Positions 12,250 through 25,959 of a stretch of DNA of 64,000 nucleotides are shown here, one piece after another; the first letter of the stretch is position 1, and every line of letters begins with the position of its first letter. The notes beneath the pieces were generated by a model, which saw nothing but the letters and a program-made list of their open reading frames with translations, was not told where the DNA came from and made no database searches. Source of the stretch: Squalus acanthias (taxonomy: Eukaryota); NCBI GenBank assembly GCA_030390025.1, contig CM059432.1, forward strand, positions 121,336,001 to 121,400,000. Direction: 5' to 3'. Both the position numbers and the translations under genes were made by a program.

Positions 12250-12655
12250 AAAAAAAGAAAGACTTACATTTCTAGAGAGCCTTTCATGACCTCAGGATGT
12301 ACCAAAGCGTTTTACAGCCAATGAAGTACTTTTTGAAGTGTAGTCACTGTTGTAATGTAGGAAGCGCGGCAGCTAATTTTGCGCACAGCAAGCTCCCACA
12401 AACAGCAATGTGATAATGACCAGATAATCTGTTTTTAGTGATGGTGATTGAGGGATAAATATTTGCCAGGACACCGGGGATAATTCCCCTGCTCTTCTTC
12501 GAAATAGTGCCATGGGATCTTTTACATCCACCTGGGAGGGCAGGCGGGGCCTCGGTTTAACATCTCATCTGAAAAACGGCACCTCCGACAGTGCAGCACT
12601 CCCTCTGTACTGCACTGGAGTGTCAGCCTAGATTTTTGTGCTCAAGTCTCTGGAG
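12250..12655 (-). mobile_element. Deu-domain SINE (SacSINE1-like), head truncated
   Basis: Reverse complement contains GATGAGATGTTAAACCGAGG, GTAAAAGATCCCATGGCACT, CCCCGGTGTCCTGGC and an L2-like tail. Confidence 0.85.
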
Positions 12656-14439
12656 CAAATAATTCAGCCGTTATGGAACCTCCTCATTTTTATTTCCAAT
12701 GGAAATGCAAATCGGGCGAGTTCTAAAATGGGCAGGCGATCCGCTCCGCCAATTTGCCACCCAAGCAGTGAAGGTGAAAATTGCTTCCGATGTTTCTGAG
12801 AGGGACGCTCTCTTCTTGTCATTTGTTTCTCAGTATTGGTGTTGTACCAGGGCTGTTTATTTTCACTGCTTCTCTCAGACGTGAAGGTACTGTGGAATTT
12901 AGCAGTCAGCTCATCGCACTTGACAGCCATTTCCCAGGCAGGCATCCTCTTGCATGCCAGAACGTTCTTGGTTATAAGATCCCATGTGACTAATCACTAC
13001 TTCCCAGTAACTAAAGCGTTTGTACGATTCCCCTGCATTAGCATCTTTGTTTATTTTTGGTGTATAAATGTGAGTGCCCCATGTAACAAAGAATGCTGGG
13101 ACAATATATCACATTGAAATCGAAGCTCCATTACCAATCTCACACAGGTTTCAGTTTCCAATTCCATGAAAGTGCTGTAGAAATTCAAAGGCCAGTCATT
13201 TCTGCTGCTGGCACTGATGGCGATGAGAGAGAGATGTCCAGAGCTCCATATATGCATACTCACATTCACAACATCAAACTTGTCATAATGTCAGATATTG
13301 CAACAATCCGTCAATCCACTGTCTGAATTGCTTCTCACTTCTAAATTATATCAAATGTATCTGGGGTGAATTCAGTCTGAACCTGTCTTCAGTTCTGTAC
13401 AAAACAAATGCTCACCTCATTCAGAAGATTTGGAGATGTTAACTAGCAGTTACCTTGCAACTGATGCATCCTTATACTACACTGAAATCAACTTTTGGAG
13501 GTGGTCTCATTCAAAAGCACTTCATGAACTCAGGGTAGCATTAAGGATGCTTATATCGAACATTTGGGAGCTTTTAGTACTACTCGGAGCTTGGGTATGC
13601 AATTCAGAGCAGTGTTATTGCTTGAGATGTGTTAAATCTGTAGAGATGCTAGTTTCAATCTGGAGGGAAGTGACAGTGTAAATTAGGGTATTAGGAGGAG
13701 CTGTGGCAATGCCAGGCAGAAATAGCTTCATTATCACATAATGTTTGCATTGGAACAAATCTACAAACAAGGCAGAAAAAAAAAGGCTTCTGATTTCTTT
13801 CTTTCTCTGTGAAGAATTTGTATGAAGCCTTGCAAGAAATCGCTCCTACTATTTAATGTTAATTATGTAAAAGCAGCTGCATTTTCAGGTGTCTTCTTCA
13901 TGTAATCTTTATCAATAACGTACTCACGCAACACATTTACACATACCCAATCGCAGTTGAAGAAGTTCCAGTTCATCAACGTCCCACAGGGGACATCTGT
14001 AGACAGCAGATGGACAAAGCAGATGTGTTCCATTATCACCTTCCTTACACTGGATTCTGGGAAAAATTACCTCAATTTATTCTGTCATAAGCAGAGTGTC
14101 AGCATTTCTCTTCGACAAAGAAAATTTGGATAACTTCATCATATTTGCATAATGGAAATTCTGACATGATTGCTAATGGTCCATTTTTATCATTTGAAGA
14201 GGCACCCTGGTTTCATTGACCAGGGCAGTAAATCAAACTTTGAATACATTTACTTAAATCAAATAGTTATTTTTAGGGTGATTCGCAGAGGATTGCTTCA
14301 GTTCTCAAAGTTCAGTCATTAGCAAAGAATTCTCCACTATTGCTGATGTGCAGTAGGAGGTGGCAGGCCAGTAAGTTAATGCGTTTAGTGAGGGAACAAT
14401 CTATTAATTCATTTTTATTGTTATACTCACCAAGGTGAG

Positions 14440-15112
14440 AAATGTTTGTGCTGAGAAATTGAACACGTTCTCATTTCAGTCGCCCAAAGTCACCAAAACC
14501 ACCTCCACAGCATTGTTTGTGTTCACCCTTACCTCACACCCATCACCTGCATCCACTCCATCACTTCCAGGCTCAGTTTCACCAAAACTCTCCTCACTGG
14601 CATCCAGTACATCATCATATATAAACTCCAACTGGTCCAAAAACCTGCATTCGATTACAGACAAAGTCTTGATCCTCCATTGCTCATGTTCTTATCAACT
14701 CATTGGTTTCCAGTTTTCAATGCAAAGAATTTAAACTCCTTGTCCTGGTTCACAAATCCCTCCATAGTTTTGCTCTAGCCTACTTCTGCGGCTTCCTTCA
14801 GCCCTACTTGTCAATCTGTTCATCTGTCTTTGCCCTTCTCCGCATTCCTTCCTCCCTTTGCTCCCCCCACCAAAGGCAAAGGCTTCAGTTGACTAGACCT
14901 TACGCTCTGGAAGTCTGTGCGCTAACTCCTTTTTCCATGTCATCTTACTCCCTCCCACCTTCAACAGCATCCTCAAAACCGACTTCTTTGACCATACCTT
15001 TGTTCACCTCCTATAATTCTTCTCCTACCACTGCTCAGTGTCTGTTCCACCTCTGGGAAGTACCTTGGGATGTTTACAACATTAAATTCACTACATAAAT
15101 GTTCTTGTTATT
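14440..15112 (+). mobile_element. Old L2 LINE 3' fragment
   Basis: Pyrimidine-rich; FKLLVLVHKSLH motif in ORF 14703-15098; L2-like tail CCTTGGGATGTTT..ACATAAATG..TTGTTATT. Confidence 0.65.
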
Positions 15113-15167
15113 ATAGTGCAGCACAACTTCATGTAGGGTAAAGCCCCCACTATACTATTCCACATTA

Positions 15168-15791
15168 GGGGAAGACATTCTGGGGGGGAATGCCCCTCCG
15201 CAATCACACCTGAAATCGCCTATCACCGCCTCTCTGGGATCTCCTCTCCACCCCCCCCCCCCCCCCCCCCCCCCGTGTCTGCCAGTACCACTGCTGGCCA
15301 CTCCTGCCCTGCCTGCTGAATGAAATGGTGGCAGGGGCAAAGCCCAGGTCCCTGGAGGATTACCCTCCTGTCCGCCCCATTTACCACCTCTTCCCAGGGC
15401 CACCATTTGGAAAGTGGTGCTAGCCCTTGGGAAGCAGCAGTGAAGGACTTCAGGTCCCCCCATGGAGGGAGAGGGCCTTGTAATGGCCCCGTTTTCTTCA
15501 ACTCAGCCACAAACACTTACCTGCTGAAGGCCTTGATCTTGACCGAGGCCATCAGTGGGAGCTTTGATGCCAACTTTGGGGCACTTCAGCCCCTTTAAGA
15601 TCCTTCAAGGGTTCTACTGGTGCTGTAGTGGCGTCTGTCCATTAGGTTTCTCCACCCTTGCACTCAAGGGCTCCGTCTTAGCGGGAGCCTCCTGTGCATA
15701 CGGGATGAACCCCGACCCAGGAAAATGAGTCGGGTTTTGGGGCAGATCTGGAAGGTCAGGTGTAGGTCCCACTCCATCGGAACTCTGCCCC
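15168..15791. mobile_element. Degenerate Harbinger-like MITE
   Basis: Imperfect TIR GGGGAAGACATTC...GAACTCTGCCCC; GC-rich, poly-C tract, internal ACTTACCTG. Confidence 0.45.
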
Positions 15792-16681
15792 AATGAGATG
15801 AATCCCCGCTCCTCTGTGCATTATATGTAGCAAAATCTTAAGCATTTATAATACTGCTACATAGAGTGCACAAGGGAAATCTTCCTCCATTGTATCTTAA
15901 TCCCTTCCTCAGAAGAAAAATCCCGACCTTGCCAGTGTGATATTATCTTTAATTTGCCACATCAGCCATCTTTTTCGGGCTCTCTGTAAGAGGTTGCCAA
16001 CTAAAACCAAATTGCAGATAGTTCTGTGTTGCGGGACACAGTGCATAGAAACAGGGTTGGGATTCCCTAAACTAATTTTGCTTCGGAGCCTTACAGCTGG
16101 CAGACAATGGAGACATTCACCTCATCTCTGTGTGGGATTTAAATGCAGGTTCCAGACATGAAAGGACAGCCTGCTGGCCCACTGTATCATCCAGTTCCTG
16201 TCAGGTTATTCTCAAATCAAACTTTGGCCTGGCCGTCTCCGATAAAATTCAATTTAATCAGATTGTGATTAAGTTATAATGTAGAGGATAGAGAAAATGC
16301 GGAACAATGAGATGAATCCCTTATAGGATTATAGGATGCAGATTTTCCAACCCACTGAGTAGAAGTACATCACGGCAACTCGTCCTATGTTACTTGCAGA
16401 GAGTATGATTGATGCCTTATTATTGCTGTGGTCCATTGCAACTCAGTGAAAAGTAATGAATAGGTCATAGATGCTTTACTTGCAACTTCTGGAGATAACT
16501 TCTTTCAGTGTATTCAGTCTACATGAGTGACAAAAATGGAGATATATTGAATCTATTTTCAAACAATATTTATTGTTGTTTGGAAACAGAAACACACTAA
16601 AGGCAATTAAGTTTTGATATTATGAGGAACTATGTGACGCCCTGAAGAAATTATTACAATTCTTCAAGCTTAGATAGAATT

Positions 16682-17075
16682 GTTTTTTTTATTCGTTTAT
16701 GGGATATGGGTGTCGCTGGCAAGGCCAGCATTTATTGCCCATCCCTAATTGCCCTTGAGAAGGTGGTGGTGAGCCACCTTCTTGAAACCGCTGCAGTCCG
16801 TGTGGTGAAAGTACTCCCACAGTGCTGTTAGGTAGGGAGTTCCAGGATTTTGACCCAGCGACGATGAAGGATCGGCGATATACTTCCAAGTCAGGATGGT
16901 GTGTGACTTGGAGGGGAACTTGGAGGTGGTGGTGTTCCCATGCGCCTGCTGCCCTTGTCCTTCTAGGTGGAAGAGGTCATGGGTTTGGGAGGTGCTGCCG
17001 AAGAAGCCTTGGCGAGTTGCTGCAGTGCATCTTGTAGATGGTACACACTGCAGCCACGGTACGCTGGTTGTGGAG
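16682..17075 (-). mobile_element. 3' fragment of the tRNA-headed LINE family
   Basis: Close match to 31712-32370 (minus the RTE insert), including the A-rich tail. Confidence 0.9.
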
Positions 17076-17114
17076 GAAGTGATAATAATAGAGCATACAT
17101 ATTGAAAAGTCATA

Positions 17115-18325
17115 GGCCTAGAAATCCGTGACCGCCACAAGACCTGCCGGTGTCACAGTGGCCGGGTGTCAGCGGCCACCAAAAATAGTGACGTTGGCAG
17201 GACCAAGAAATTGGCGCTGGGGGCTAATTAACATTAGCCCAGCGCTTAACTCACCGTGCAACGCCGTCCTGGTGGAATTGGTCCCGGCAGGAGGCCCCAA
17301 TGTAGCGTGGCTGTAGCATCATTGCAGCAAGAACAGCCATTTTAAAAGCAAAGTTGTCATTTCAGAAAGCATTGTCGGTTTCTTAAAGGGGCAATGCCTT
17401 CTGAAATGAAAGATTTTATAAAATGATGTAAAAATATGCAGGTTTTAGCCCTTACAGCTCAACTGCCTTTTGGGGAAAAAAAGTAACATTAAATGAATTC
17501 CCAAATAGGAGTCTTCAGCTCTTAAAGCTGAATTCCTTTACGCATCTAAAAAAAAATGGGCTCAGCAAGCTAAGTAAGGGGTCTCGCATGCAGCACTCCT
17601 GCTTTGTGCAGGGGGTCAACACTGAAAGAGAGGTCCTCTACCCACAGGGGTCAGGAGGCTCTCCAGAAAGAACGATGTGGGACCACATAGCCGAGGCCAT
17701 CACTGCCATCAGTGTCACCCCCACAACCTGGCTCCAGTGCCCAAAGAAGCTTCATGACCTCAGATCACTGATCAAGGTCAGTGAATGCATCTTCAAAAGC
17801 CGCCTCCTACCAACTGCATCACTAGCCCCATTCACGAATCCACCCCCCCCCCACCCAATCACTCACCTACCAGCAATCTGTACCAAACACGAGGCACACC
17901 TCCTATTTCTAGCTTCACCTCACCCCATTGGAGGAGACGGTGCTGCCCATCCTTCATAGGGGCATGGCTGAGCCTTTGGTCAGCGACAGGACTGAAAGTA
18001 TACAAGATGCTGGTATCCTCATATGTTATCCTCCTTCTCACATACACCTCTTGCTTTCCCGCCCTCCCCTCACCACAACTCCATCCTTATGCCTTCCTCA
18101 TTTCACACACCCAAGAAATACAGCCTGCCCAGCCAGTGGTTGACCAGGAAGAGGGAGAGGAGAGCGAAGAAGAAGAAGAAGAAGAAGAAGAAGAAACACC
18201 AAGTCCCTCACCAAAATGGCGGCCACCGACTCCCGCAGCAGAGAATGGCGCTAGAGTGGCGGCTGCCATTTTTCGACTGGATTGCGATGGTAACTCGTGG
18301 CGTTAGGTAACCCAATTTCTAGGCC
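17115..18325 (+). mobile_element. Internally deleted Harbinger with Myb/SANT gene remnants
   Basis: TIR GGCCTAGAAAT...ATTTCTAGGCC, flanks ATA/ATG; WDHIAEAITAISVTPTTWLQCPKKLHDL followed by AAG|GTCAGT donor; (GAA)n poly-Glu tract. Confidence 0.88.
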
Positions 18326-18708
18326 ATGGATTGTGGGACATAGTTATCATGCAGGGCAGGGTCACACAACTGCTTCACTAGATTCATTGGGCAAATCACA
18401 ATGGTTTATTTTCTGTAATTCTTGCTCCCCAGATATGCATCATGGGTCCTGATATTTTTTTTTAAAGGTTGCATTTTTGTCATTGCTTTTTAGTGATGTC
18501 TCCCGTCACATGTAGAAGGGACCGTTGATCTGATTGTTGCTGTATTCCATTGTTACTTGTTAGCACTGGGGCATGGGGTTGATAATTACTTTAGCCATTT
18601 ACAATTACTATGGCACATTATTAAACTGCCTTACACTCCTGTAAAAAGTTGCATCACATCAGTGCAATGCCGCTTTAATTGTATGAAGAGCAAAAAATAA
18701 AAGATGTT

Positions 18709-20678
18709 GGCCTAGAAATTGGACAAGGCCCGAAAACAGACGGGGGCACCGCCCAGCGCTATTTGCCTGCGCCTCTTCTAAGTGGTCCAGGCAGCACGCA
18801 AAATTCATGCTGGCTGCTCACTAACATGATTGGAGCGCTGATCTCAGCGCTAAACACGCTGCTGATTGGCTTAGCGCTGAACGGGGGGGCCAATATCGGG
18901 TGCAGTCTAATGGCCAGTAATGTTTGGCCCAGGCTCTCTGCACTAATTAAAGGGGAGGTGCTTTGTTACAGCAGCACCTCATTGTCAGTTTGGCTGAAGA
19001 CATGGCTCAGCAACCAAGGGAGCGAATACAAAGGTTCTCGGATGCGGCACCGCCGTTCAAAGAAGGCGGGCTGTACTGTTCCCGAAGGCCACTTGCAGAA
19101 GGCTCTGGGAGGAGATGGCTAATTCCGTCATTGCCACCAGTGTGGTCCCAAGGACGTGGAACCAGTGCTGAGAAAAGTTTAATGACTCACATGGCAGGTC
19201 AAGGTGAGTGAAGGCTTCAGCAAATGCCATAACCCACCATCTGCACCACAAGCCTCACACACTGCTCAATGCACCACACCCCCAGCACTCACCTACCAAC
19301 AATCTCTAGCTATCACCACCCACACCTCACAATCAGAGCTTCACTTCACCCTCACAACCTTACCACTGCTGCAACACTCACACCCACATCTCACACCTTG
19401 CACACACTGACAGCTATTCAACTATGGCAGGCACATCACCCAAACACATTGCACCACACTCACTCACACACTTCACTTTCTCTTGTAGGCAAAGGTGGCT
19501 CACAATCGGCGAGAGCAGCGGCAGACAGGAGGCGGCCAAACTGCAATGCGGAACCTCAGTGACCTGGAGGAATCCGTGTTCGACATCATTGGAGGGGCAG
19601 TGACGGAGGCCGTGGCAACGGGAGAAGTTAAAGTCATTGCTGATAATGATGGTATGGTCATACCTAATCCTTCTTCTCACATCCCACTTCCTCCTCATTC
19701 CACAATCTCTTCTCACTTACAAGCTGCTGATGGTGTATGCATTGATATCTTGCTTTCCCCCTGCCTCACCACAACCCGACCCTTGTGCCTTTCTGCTATC
19801 AGATACCCAATAACTGCCAGCAGGCCAGCCTGTCCCTGATGTAGTAGAGAAGAGCGATGGAGGAGAAGAAGAAGACACAGGGGCACTGCATCTGACGCTC
19901 GCAGACACCAGCTCAGAAAATGCCACTGTGTGGAATTTAGAGGGTGGTATAGATGTGGGATCTGTACTTGGTGAGGCACTGGGCATGAGTGGGCTGCAGC
20001 AAGCCCAGGGGGAAAGGGTAGCTTGGGGGCCAGCTCCCCAGAGGACGAATTTGCGCACGAGTTCTGCTGCACACGACTCAGAAGATGACCTTGATGGGGC
20101 GGCCTTCAAAAGAAGGGTGATGGGCACGCACACCGAAATGCTAGGTGCAATGGCAAGCCTTACAGAGAGCCTCTTGCCAGTGTCAAGGAGCATGGAGGAG
20201 TCCAGCTCCAACATTGCACGGGGCTTTGCACAGAGCTTAGAGCCCATGATTTCCAAGATGGAAATGATAGACAACTCCAGGAGAGAGCTTGTGGACCCAC
20301 GGATGATGCTGGGTGTGATGGACGATCTTGCATCTTCCATTGTAGCACAGACAGAAGTGACCAAACGTCTCACTGCGGCAGTGGAAGCGCAGACTGCTCT
20401 CCTGCAGGCTCAGCTTGCTGCCACGCAACCTCAGACTGCTGCCATCATCGCTGGGTTTCCGAGTGTTGAAAGGGGCTTGCAGGGTGTTGCAGCAGGCCAG
20501 CAATCTGTGCTCCAACAGATTGCTAGGGATGCTGAGGTGCTACCCCGGGGGAGTGGCAGTGGGTCTGTGGAGCAAGAACCTGCTGTCCTCTTTCATGATG
20601 ACAGCATTCCTACTCTCACCACTGCCCTTCTTCAAAATGGGCCTTAAGGGCCGGTGCTAAACCCCCGATTTCTAGGCC
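18709..20678 (+). mobile_element. Internally deleted Harbinger retaining most of the Myb/SANT gene, no transposase
   Basis: TIR GGCCTAGAAAT...ATTTCTAGGCC, flanks GTT/ATT. Confidence 0.9.
19002..20647 (+). pseudogene. Harbinger Myb/SANT-like gene, 3 exons (19002-19203, 19489-19651, 19803-about 20620), frameshifted and 3'-truncated
   Basis: MAQQPRERIQRFSDAA start; canonical GT/AG sites; 163-nt exon 2 has the same length as in the 56-kb copy; Ala/Gln-rich helical exon 3. Confidence 0.8.
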
Positions 20679-22454
20679 ATTAATCTTTGCAAATTGAATT
20701 GAAACTTGGGGCTCCAAATCTGTTTCCAGTAAAATTGAATGATATACAATCTCCTATAAACCATGCCCATTTTCCACTGTAAACTGAAAGTGTCAATATT
20801 GTTGCACAAATCATTACAACAGATGCAGCAGTCGTCGATTTATTGCAGCCACTCTAAAATGGTTGAAACAAGATTTTCTTACAAAGATATTTTTTGAATA
20901 AGTAAATAAATGCCTTGCACAGGACAGATGCTCGCAATAATTTGTCAAAGCACAATCATCACCATTAGCAGTTGGAGAATCTACAATTAACCTTGTAAAT
21001 TGCTAATATTAACCTCGTCGCTGTTAATTAAAGGGAAGTAATAATATGCCCTTTACTTTCACCTCATGTTGGGTTTTTTGTTCCTCTGATTACCATCTCT
21101 TGAGTCCTGTTTTGCAAAGGTCATTATATTCTCCATTCATTTTGAATATCACACCAGCTTCATCATCATCTTTAAGCTACAGTTTTCCTCATCAAGCTCT
21201 CTTACCCCCGATGCTAAGAATGCTGGGGATATGAAGAGATAGTGTCAATATGAGAATTTGCACTGAGGAATTTTAAGCCTGTTAGCGTCCTTGGTTAGAC
21301 TGAAATCAAAGCGCAAGCCATCCTTCATTTCCCCAGTAGCATCGATAGTGTGCATCTGGGGAGGCTTGTTGCCAGGAGAAAATGTACGTGCCTGTCTCTA
21401 TTCGCAGTGCATCTAGTAATAAGTACAGCACATATGGAAGTCCAGGAGAACAATTATTCTCTTGCAAAGCACAGAGCAATTATCTCAAGAGCTTGGGATT
21501 TATTTTGTCAGCTGTATTTTAACCCTTTGAAGACTGGAGGATTTGTCTTTAGTTTCTGAAAAGCGTGTCTCTTTTTCACCTGTGAAAATGATGATTTACA
21601 GAATAAAAGATGCACCACCATACTGCTGAGCGTCACATAATGCAGTGAAAATAAAAGAACAAAAAGCGTATGAGACATCTTTTTGTCTCAGTTCAAAGAG
21701 AATAGCAGATTATAATCTTGGCAGATAGGAAACAAAATATTTACTGCAGACATCAAAGGACTTAAACAAAGAACAGAATGGATTGCCTGCTAAAATAAGG
21801 CAGTGCCCTTTCTTCTTCTTATCTGAGCTGCAGCTGAACCTGTAATGCTGGAACTGTATTGTGTTATTTCCTTCAATTGAATGGATTAATGGCTGTGCTG
21901 GTACTTCCTTTAGTCCCAGAATGTCCTAGGTAATTACAAGTCTGAGCTTTGATAATTCAGCTAAATAATTAACCCCACATCCTGCTTAAAGCCAATGGAA
22001 TAACAATGTTTCATCACCTATTTCCCTTACTTGGGCCTTGAATGAGCTATCTTGAGGGCAATTTGCACTTTGCAAAAATGGTGGAATTGGCTGAAAAACA
22101 TGACAGCAGATTGAATTGCTGGTCTGGCTATTTGGTGGAGGCAGAGAAAAAGAGGAAGCGATAAAATAGACAATCTAGATAAATAATAGAAAATAAAAGA
22201 TGAAGTAATAAAAAAGGGAAGGAAGAGAGAATAAAGAAGATAGAAGAATGATTTTATAACTCTGTTAAGATAGAGAATAACAATAATATTACAGCAATAA
22301 AGCTATTTGTAACTTCTCAGTTGTATTATGTCTGTAATATTAGATGATTCACGAGGATCACTGTGCATGAGCTGAAATATATTAAAATTATACAATCCAA
22401 GGATACAGAATTTGTTTTCACAGTATTTTCTCTCAAGATGCGGGTAACACTAGC

Positions 22455-22900
22455 AAGGTCACTCACCTTCTCGCCTCTGAGTCAGAAAGTTGTGGGTTCA
22501 AATCCCACTCCAAAGACTTGCGCACTTAAAGCTAGGCTGACACTCCAGTGCAGTGCTGAGGGAGTGCTGCACTGTCTTTCGGATGAGACGTTAAACCGAG
22601 GCTCCGTCTGCTCTCTGAGGTGGACGTAAAAGATCCCATGGCCCTATTTTGAAAAAGAGCAGGGGAGTTATTCCCGGTGTCCTGGCCAATATTTATCCCT
22701 TAATCAACATAACAAAAACAGTTTATCTGGTCATTATCACATTGCTGTTTGTGGGAGCTTGCTGTGCGCAAATTGGCTGCCGCGTTTCCCACATTACACC
22801 AGTGACTACACTCCAAAAGTACTTCATTGGCTGTAAAGCGCTTTGAGATGTCCGGTGGTCGTGAAAGGCGCTATATAAATGCTAGTCTTTCTTTTCTTTC
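22455..22900 (+). mobile_element. Deu-domain SINE (SacSINE1-like), nearly full length
   Basis: B box GGTTCAAATCCC, Deu block CTTTCGGATGAGACGTTAAACCGAGG..AAAAGATCCCATGG, tail AAAGGCGCTATATAAATGC. Confidence 0.88.
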
Positions 22901-23404
22901 TCCTAGAACCGCTGCAGTCATTGTGGCGGCAGTGTGGTATTAGATGCTGATGCGGTAAGGGTTAGTTAATTGTTTGTAAGATTTGGATATGTACATTGTT
23001 TGTGTGTGTTACTAAATACTGAAAAACTTCACCTCACACAACAGGTATCAGTACCTGTGATCAGCCTATCGGAAAGGTTATATTAGCAGTGAGTTTCTGG
23101 GAATTATGTGGGTACGATTCCTACGAAGCTAACCTCATGGCTGTACTATAAAATCACTCCTTTTATCAATGTTCTCCTTTGCCCTCCCTGAACATGATGA
23201 TTCATATTGCGTGCACAGTTCCCTAGCTGACAGCAGCCCACTGCTAGCTCATACAAGTGGTTATTCTTGATACCCTGACGGTACATGTTGATAGGCTTTT
23301 CACCTGTGAGAAGTGTCACAGTCATGCCCAATCATTTCCTTGTCCACCGTCCATGTGTGTACAGTTTTCAGCATGGGTCACTGGACAGCAATCAGTAGGA
23401 GGAA

Positions 23405-23830
23405 CCTTCCTTAGCAGCCATCTGGACTCAACATCGAGTTCAACAATTTCAGACCATAACCTCTGCCGCAATCATTTTTTTTCTCTCTCTCACATGGCAG
23501 CTGTTGATCATCCTGCCATTGTCATTTACACTTCATCTAGAGTCATCTTTTGTTTCTTAACTTGTCCCATTACCATCTCCTTTTGCCTTGCACCATCATC
23601 CCTTTTGTCTCTTAATCTCTCCTGCCTTCCACCCTATCATAGACCTTCCCTTTTGTTCTTTCCTCCCCTCCCCCCTTTCCCTGCCCCTACACTTGCTTAA
23701 AAACTTGTTACATCTCCAACTTTTTCCAGTTCTGACGAAGGGTCATCGACTTGAAATGTTAACTCTGTTTCTCTTCTACAGATGCTGCCTGACCTGCTGA
23801 GTGTTTCCAGCATTTTCTGTTTTTATTTTA
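23405..23830 (+). mobile_element. 5'-truncated Penelope-like element (ORF end plus pLTR)
   Basis: Encodes PSGLNIEFNNFR* like the ORF at 34999-36363; flanked by 15-bp direct repeat AATCAGTAGGAGGAA (23390-23404 / 23831-23845). Confidence 0.88.
23728..23764 (+). ncRNA. Minimal type-I hammerhead ribozyme motif (Penelope pLTR)
   Basis: AGTT-CTGACGA-A-GGGTC-ATC-GACTT-GAAAT-GTT-AACT: both core boxes, stem II, and stem I AGUU/AACU. Confidence 0.7.
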
Positions 23831-23877
23831 AATCAGTAGGAGGAATCCTGGCTGATTTGTCCCCTCTTTAGCCCAAA

Positions 23878-25686
23878 GATTAAGTGAATGGGCAAAACTG
23901 TGGCAAATGGATTTCAATATAGGTAAATGTGAGGTCATCCACTTTGGACCTAAAAAGGATAGAACAGGGCACTTTCTAAATGGTGAAAAGCTAAAAACAG
24001 TGGAGGTCCAAAGAGACTTGGGGTTCCAGGTACATAGATCATTAAAATGTCATGAATAGGTACAGAAAATAATAAAAAATGCTAATGGAATGCTGGCCTT
24101 TATTTCTAGAGGACTAGAATACAAGAGGGTAGAAGTTATGCTACAGCTATACACAACCTTGGTTAGACCACACCTGGCGTACTGAGAGAAGTTCTGAGCC
24201 CCACAGCTTAGGAAGGATATATTGGCCTTGGAGGGAGTGCAGCGTAGGTTTAGCAGAATGATACCTGGACTCCAAGGGTTAAATTACGAGGAGAGATTAC
24301 ACAAATTAGGGTTGTATTCCCTGGAATTTAGAAGGTTAAGGGGTGATCTGATCAAAGTTTTCAAGATATTAAGGGGAACAGATAGGGTAGATAAAGAGAA
24401 ACTATTGACGCTGGTTGGGGGGTCTCGGACTAGGGGGCATAGTCTAAAAATGAGAGCCAGACCTTTCAGGAGTGAAATTAGGAAACACTTCTACACACAA
24501 AGGGTGGTAGAAATTTGGAACTCTCTTCCGTAAATGGCAATTGATGCTAGATTAATTGTTAATTTTAAAACTGAATTTGATAGATTTTTGTTAACCAAAG
24601 ATATTAAGGGATAAGAACATAACATAAGAAATAGGAGCAGGAGTAGGCCATTTGGCCCTTCAAGCCTGCTCTGCCATTCAATGAGATCATGGCTGGTCTT
24701 CTGCCTCAACTCCATTCACCGGCCCTATCGCCATATCACTTGATGCCCTTACTAGTCAGAAATCTATCGACTTCTGTTTTGAAATTACCCACAGCCCTCT
24801 GGGGTAGAGAATTACAAAGATTCACTACCCTCTGTGTGAAGACATGTCTTCTCATCTCAGTCCTGAATTGCCTACCCTTTATCCTGAGGCTGTGGCCCCC
24901 GGTTCTAGAATCCCCAGCCAAGGGAAACATTCTCCCAGCATCCACCCTATCAAGCCCTGTAATCATTTTGTATGCTTCAATGAGATCCCCGCTCATTCTT
25001 CTGAATTCAAGAGAATACAGGCCTAGTTTACGCAATCTCTTTTCATACGACAGTCCCGCCATCCCAGGAATCAATCTCGTGATCCTTCGTTGCACTCCCT
25101 CTATGGCAAGTATACTTCCTTAGGTAAGGAGACCAAAATTGTATACAGTACTCCAGGTGTGGTCTCACCAAGGCCCTATATAATTGGAGTAAGACTTCTT
25201 TACTCCTGTACTCAAATCCTCTTGTTATGAAGGCCAGCATACCATTTGCCTTCCTAATGGCTTGCTGCACCTGCACATTCACTTTCAGTGACTCATGTAC
25301 AAGGACACCCAGGACCCTTTGAGCATCTGCATTCCCCAATCTTTCACCATTTCGGAAATACTCAGCCTTTCTGTTTTTTCTACCAAAGTGGATAACTTCA
25401 CATTTATCCACATTATATTCCATCTGCCATGTTCTCCGCCCACTCACTTAGCCTGTCGAGATCCCCTTGAAGCCTCTTCACATCCTCTTCACAACTGACA
25501 CTGCTACCTAGCTTTGTATCATCAGCAAATTTGGAAATGTTACATTTAGTCCCCTCATCCAAATCATTGATACGGGGCAAAGGTGGGTACATGGAGTTCG
25601 ATCACAGATCAGCCATGATCTCGCTGAATGGTGGAACAGGCTCGAGGGGCTAAATGGTCTACTTCTGTTCCTATGTTCCTATGTTA
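23878..25686 (+). mobile_element. CR1 3' fragment split by an antisense CR1 (pieces 23878-24613 and 25573-25686)
   Basis: ORF 24222-24533 is a CR1 C-terminus; 3' UTR resumes after the insert; short GATA repeat at both junctions. Confidence 0.88.
24614..25572 (-). mobile_element. CR1 (HER1-type) 3' fragment
   Basis: ORFs 25043-25447 and 24736-25095; FADDTK near 25530; (CATAAGAA)n-like tail. Confidence 0.92.
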
Positions 25687-25959
25687 CCGAGGTCAGCTGT
25701 GGCATGTTTAGAGCTGCCCTGGTTTAGACCAGCTAACTCAGCACAGTGGGAGGCTGCAAGATTCAGGGAGTGGGGAGGATGGGCTGGGAGGATACAGGGT
25801 GTGGGCTCTGAGAGTAGTCATAGAGGATGGGGGCTGGGAAAGGCGTGCTCTTGGACTGAGAAACACTCAGAGGAGATTAGGCTCTGGCAACACTCCAGGG
25901 GGCAGGGCGGTTGAAGGGGCTGTGGAGATGGCACCTGGCGGTACATGAGGAAGTCATAT

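Noticed and set aside
19928..20647. Host apolipoprotein-like or chemotaxis-like helical protein
   Set aside because: It is exon 3 of the Harbinger Myb/SANT gene, homologous to 57138-58223.
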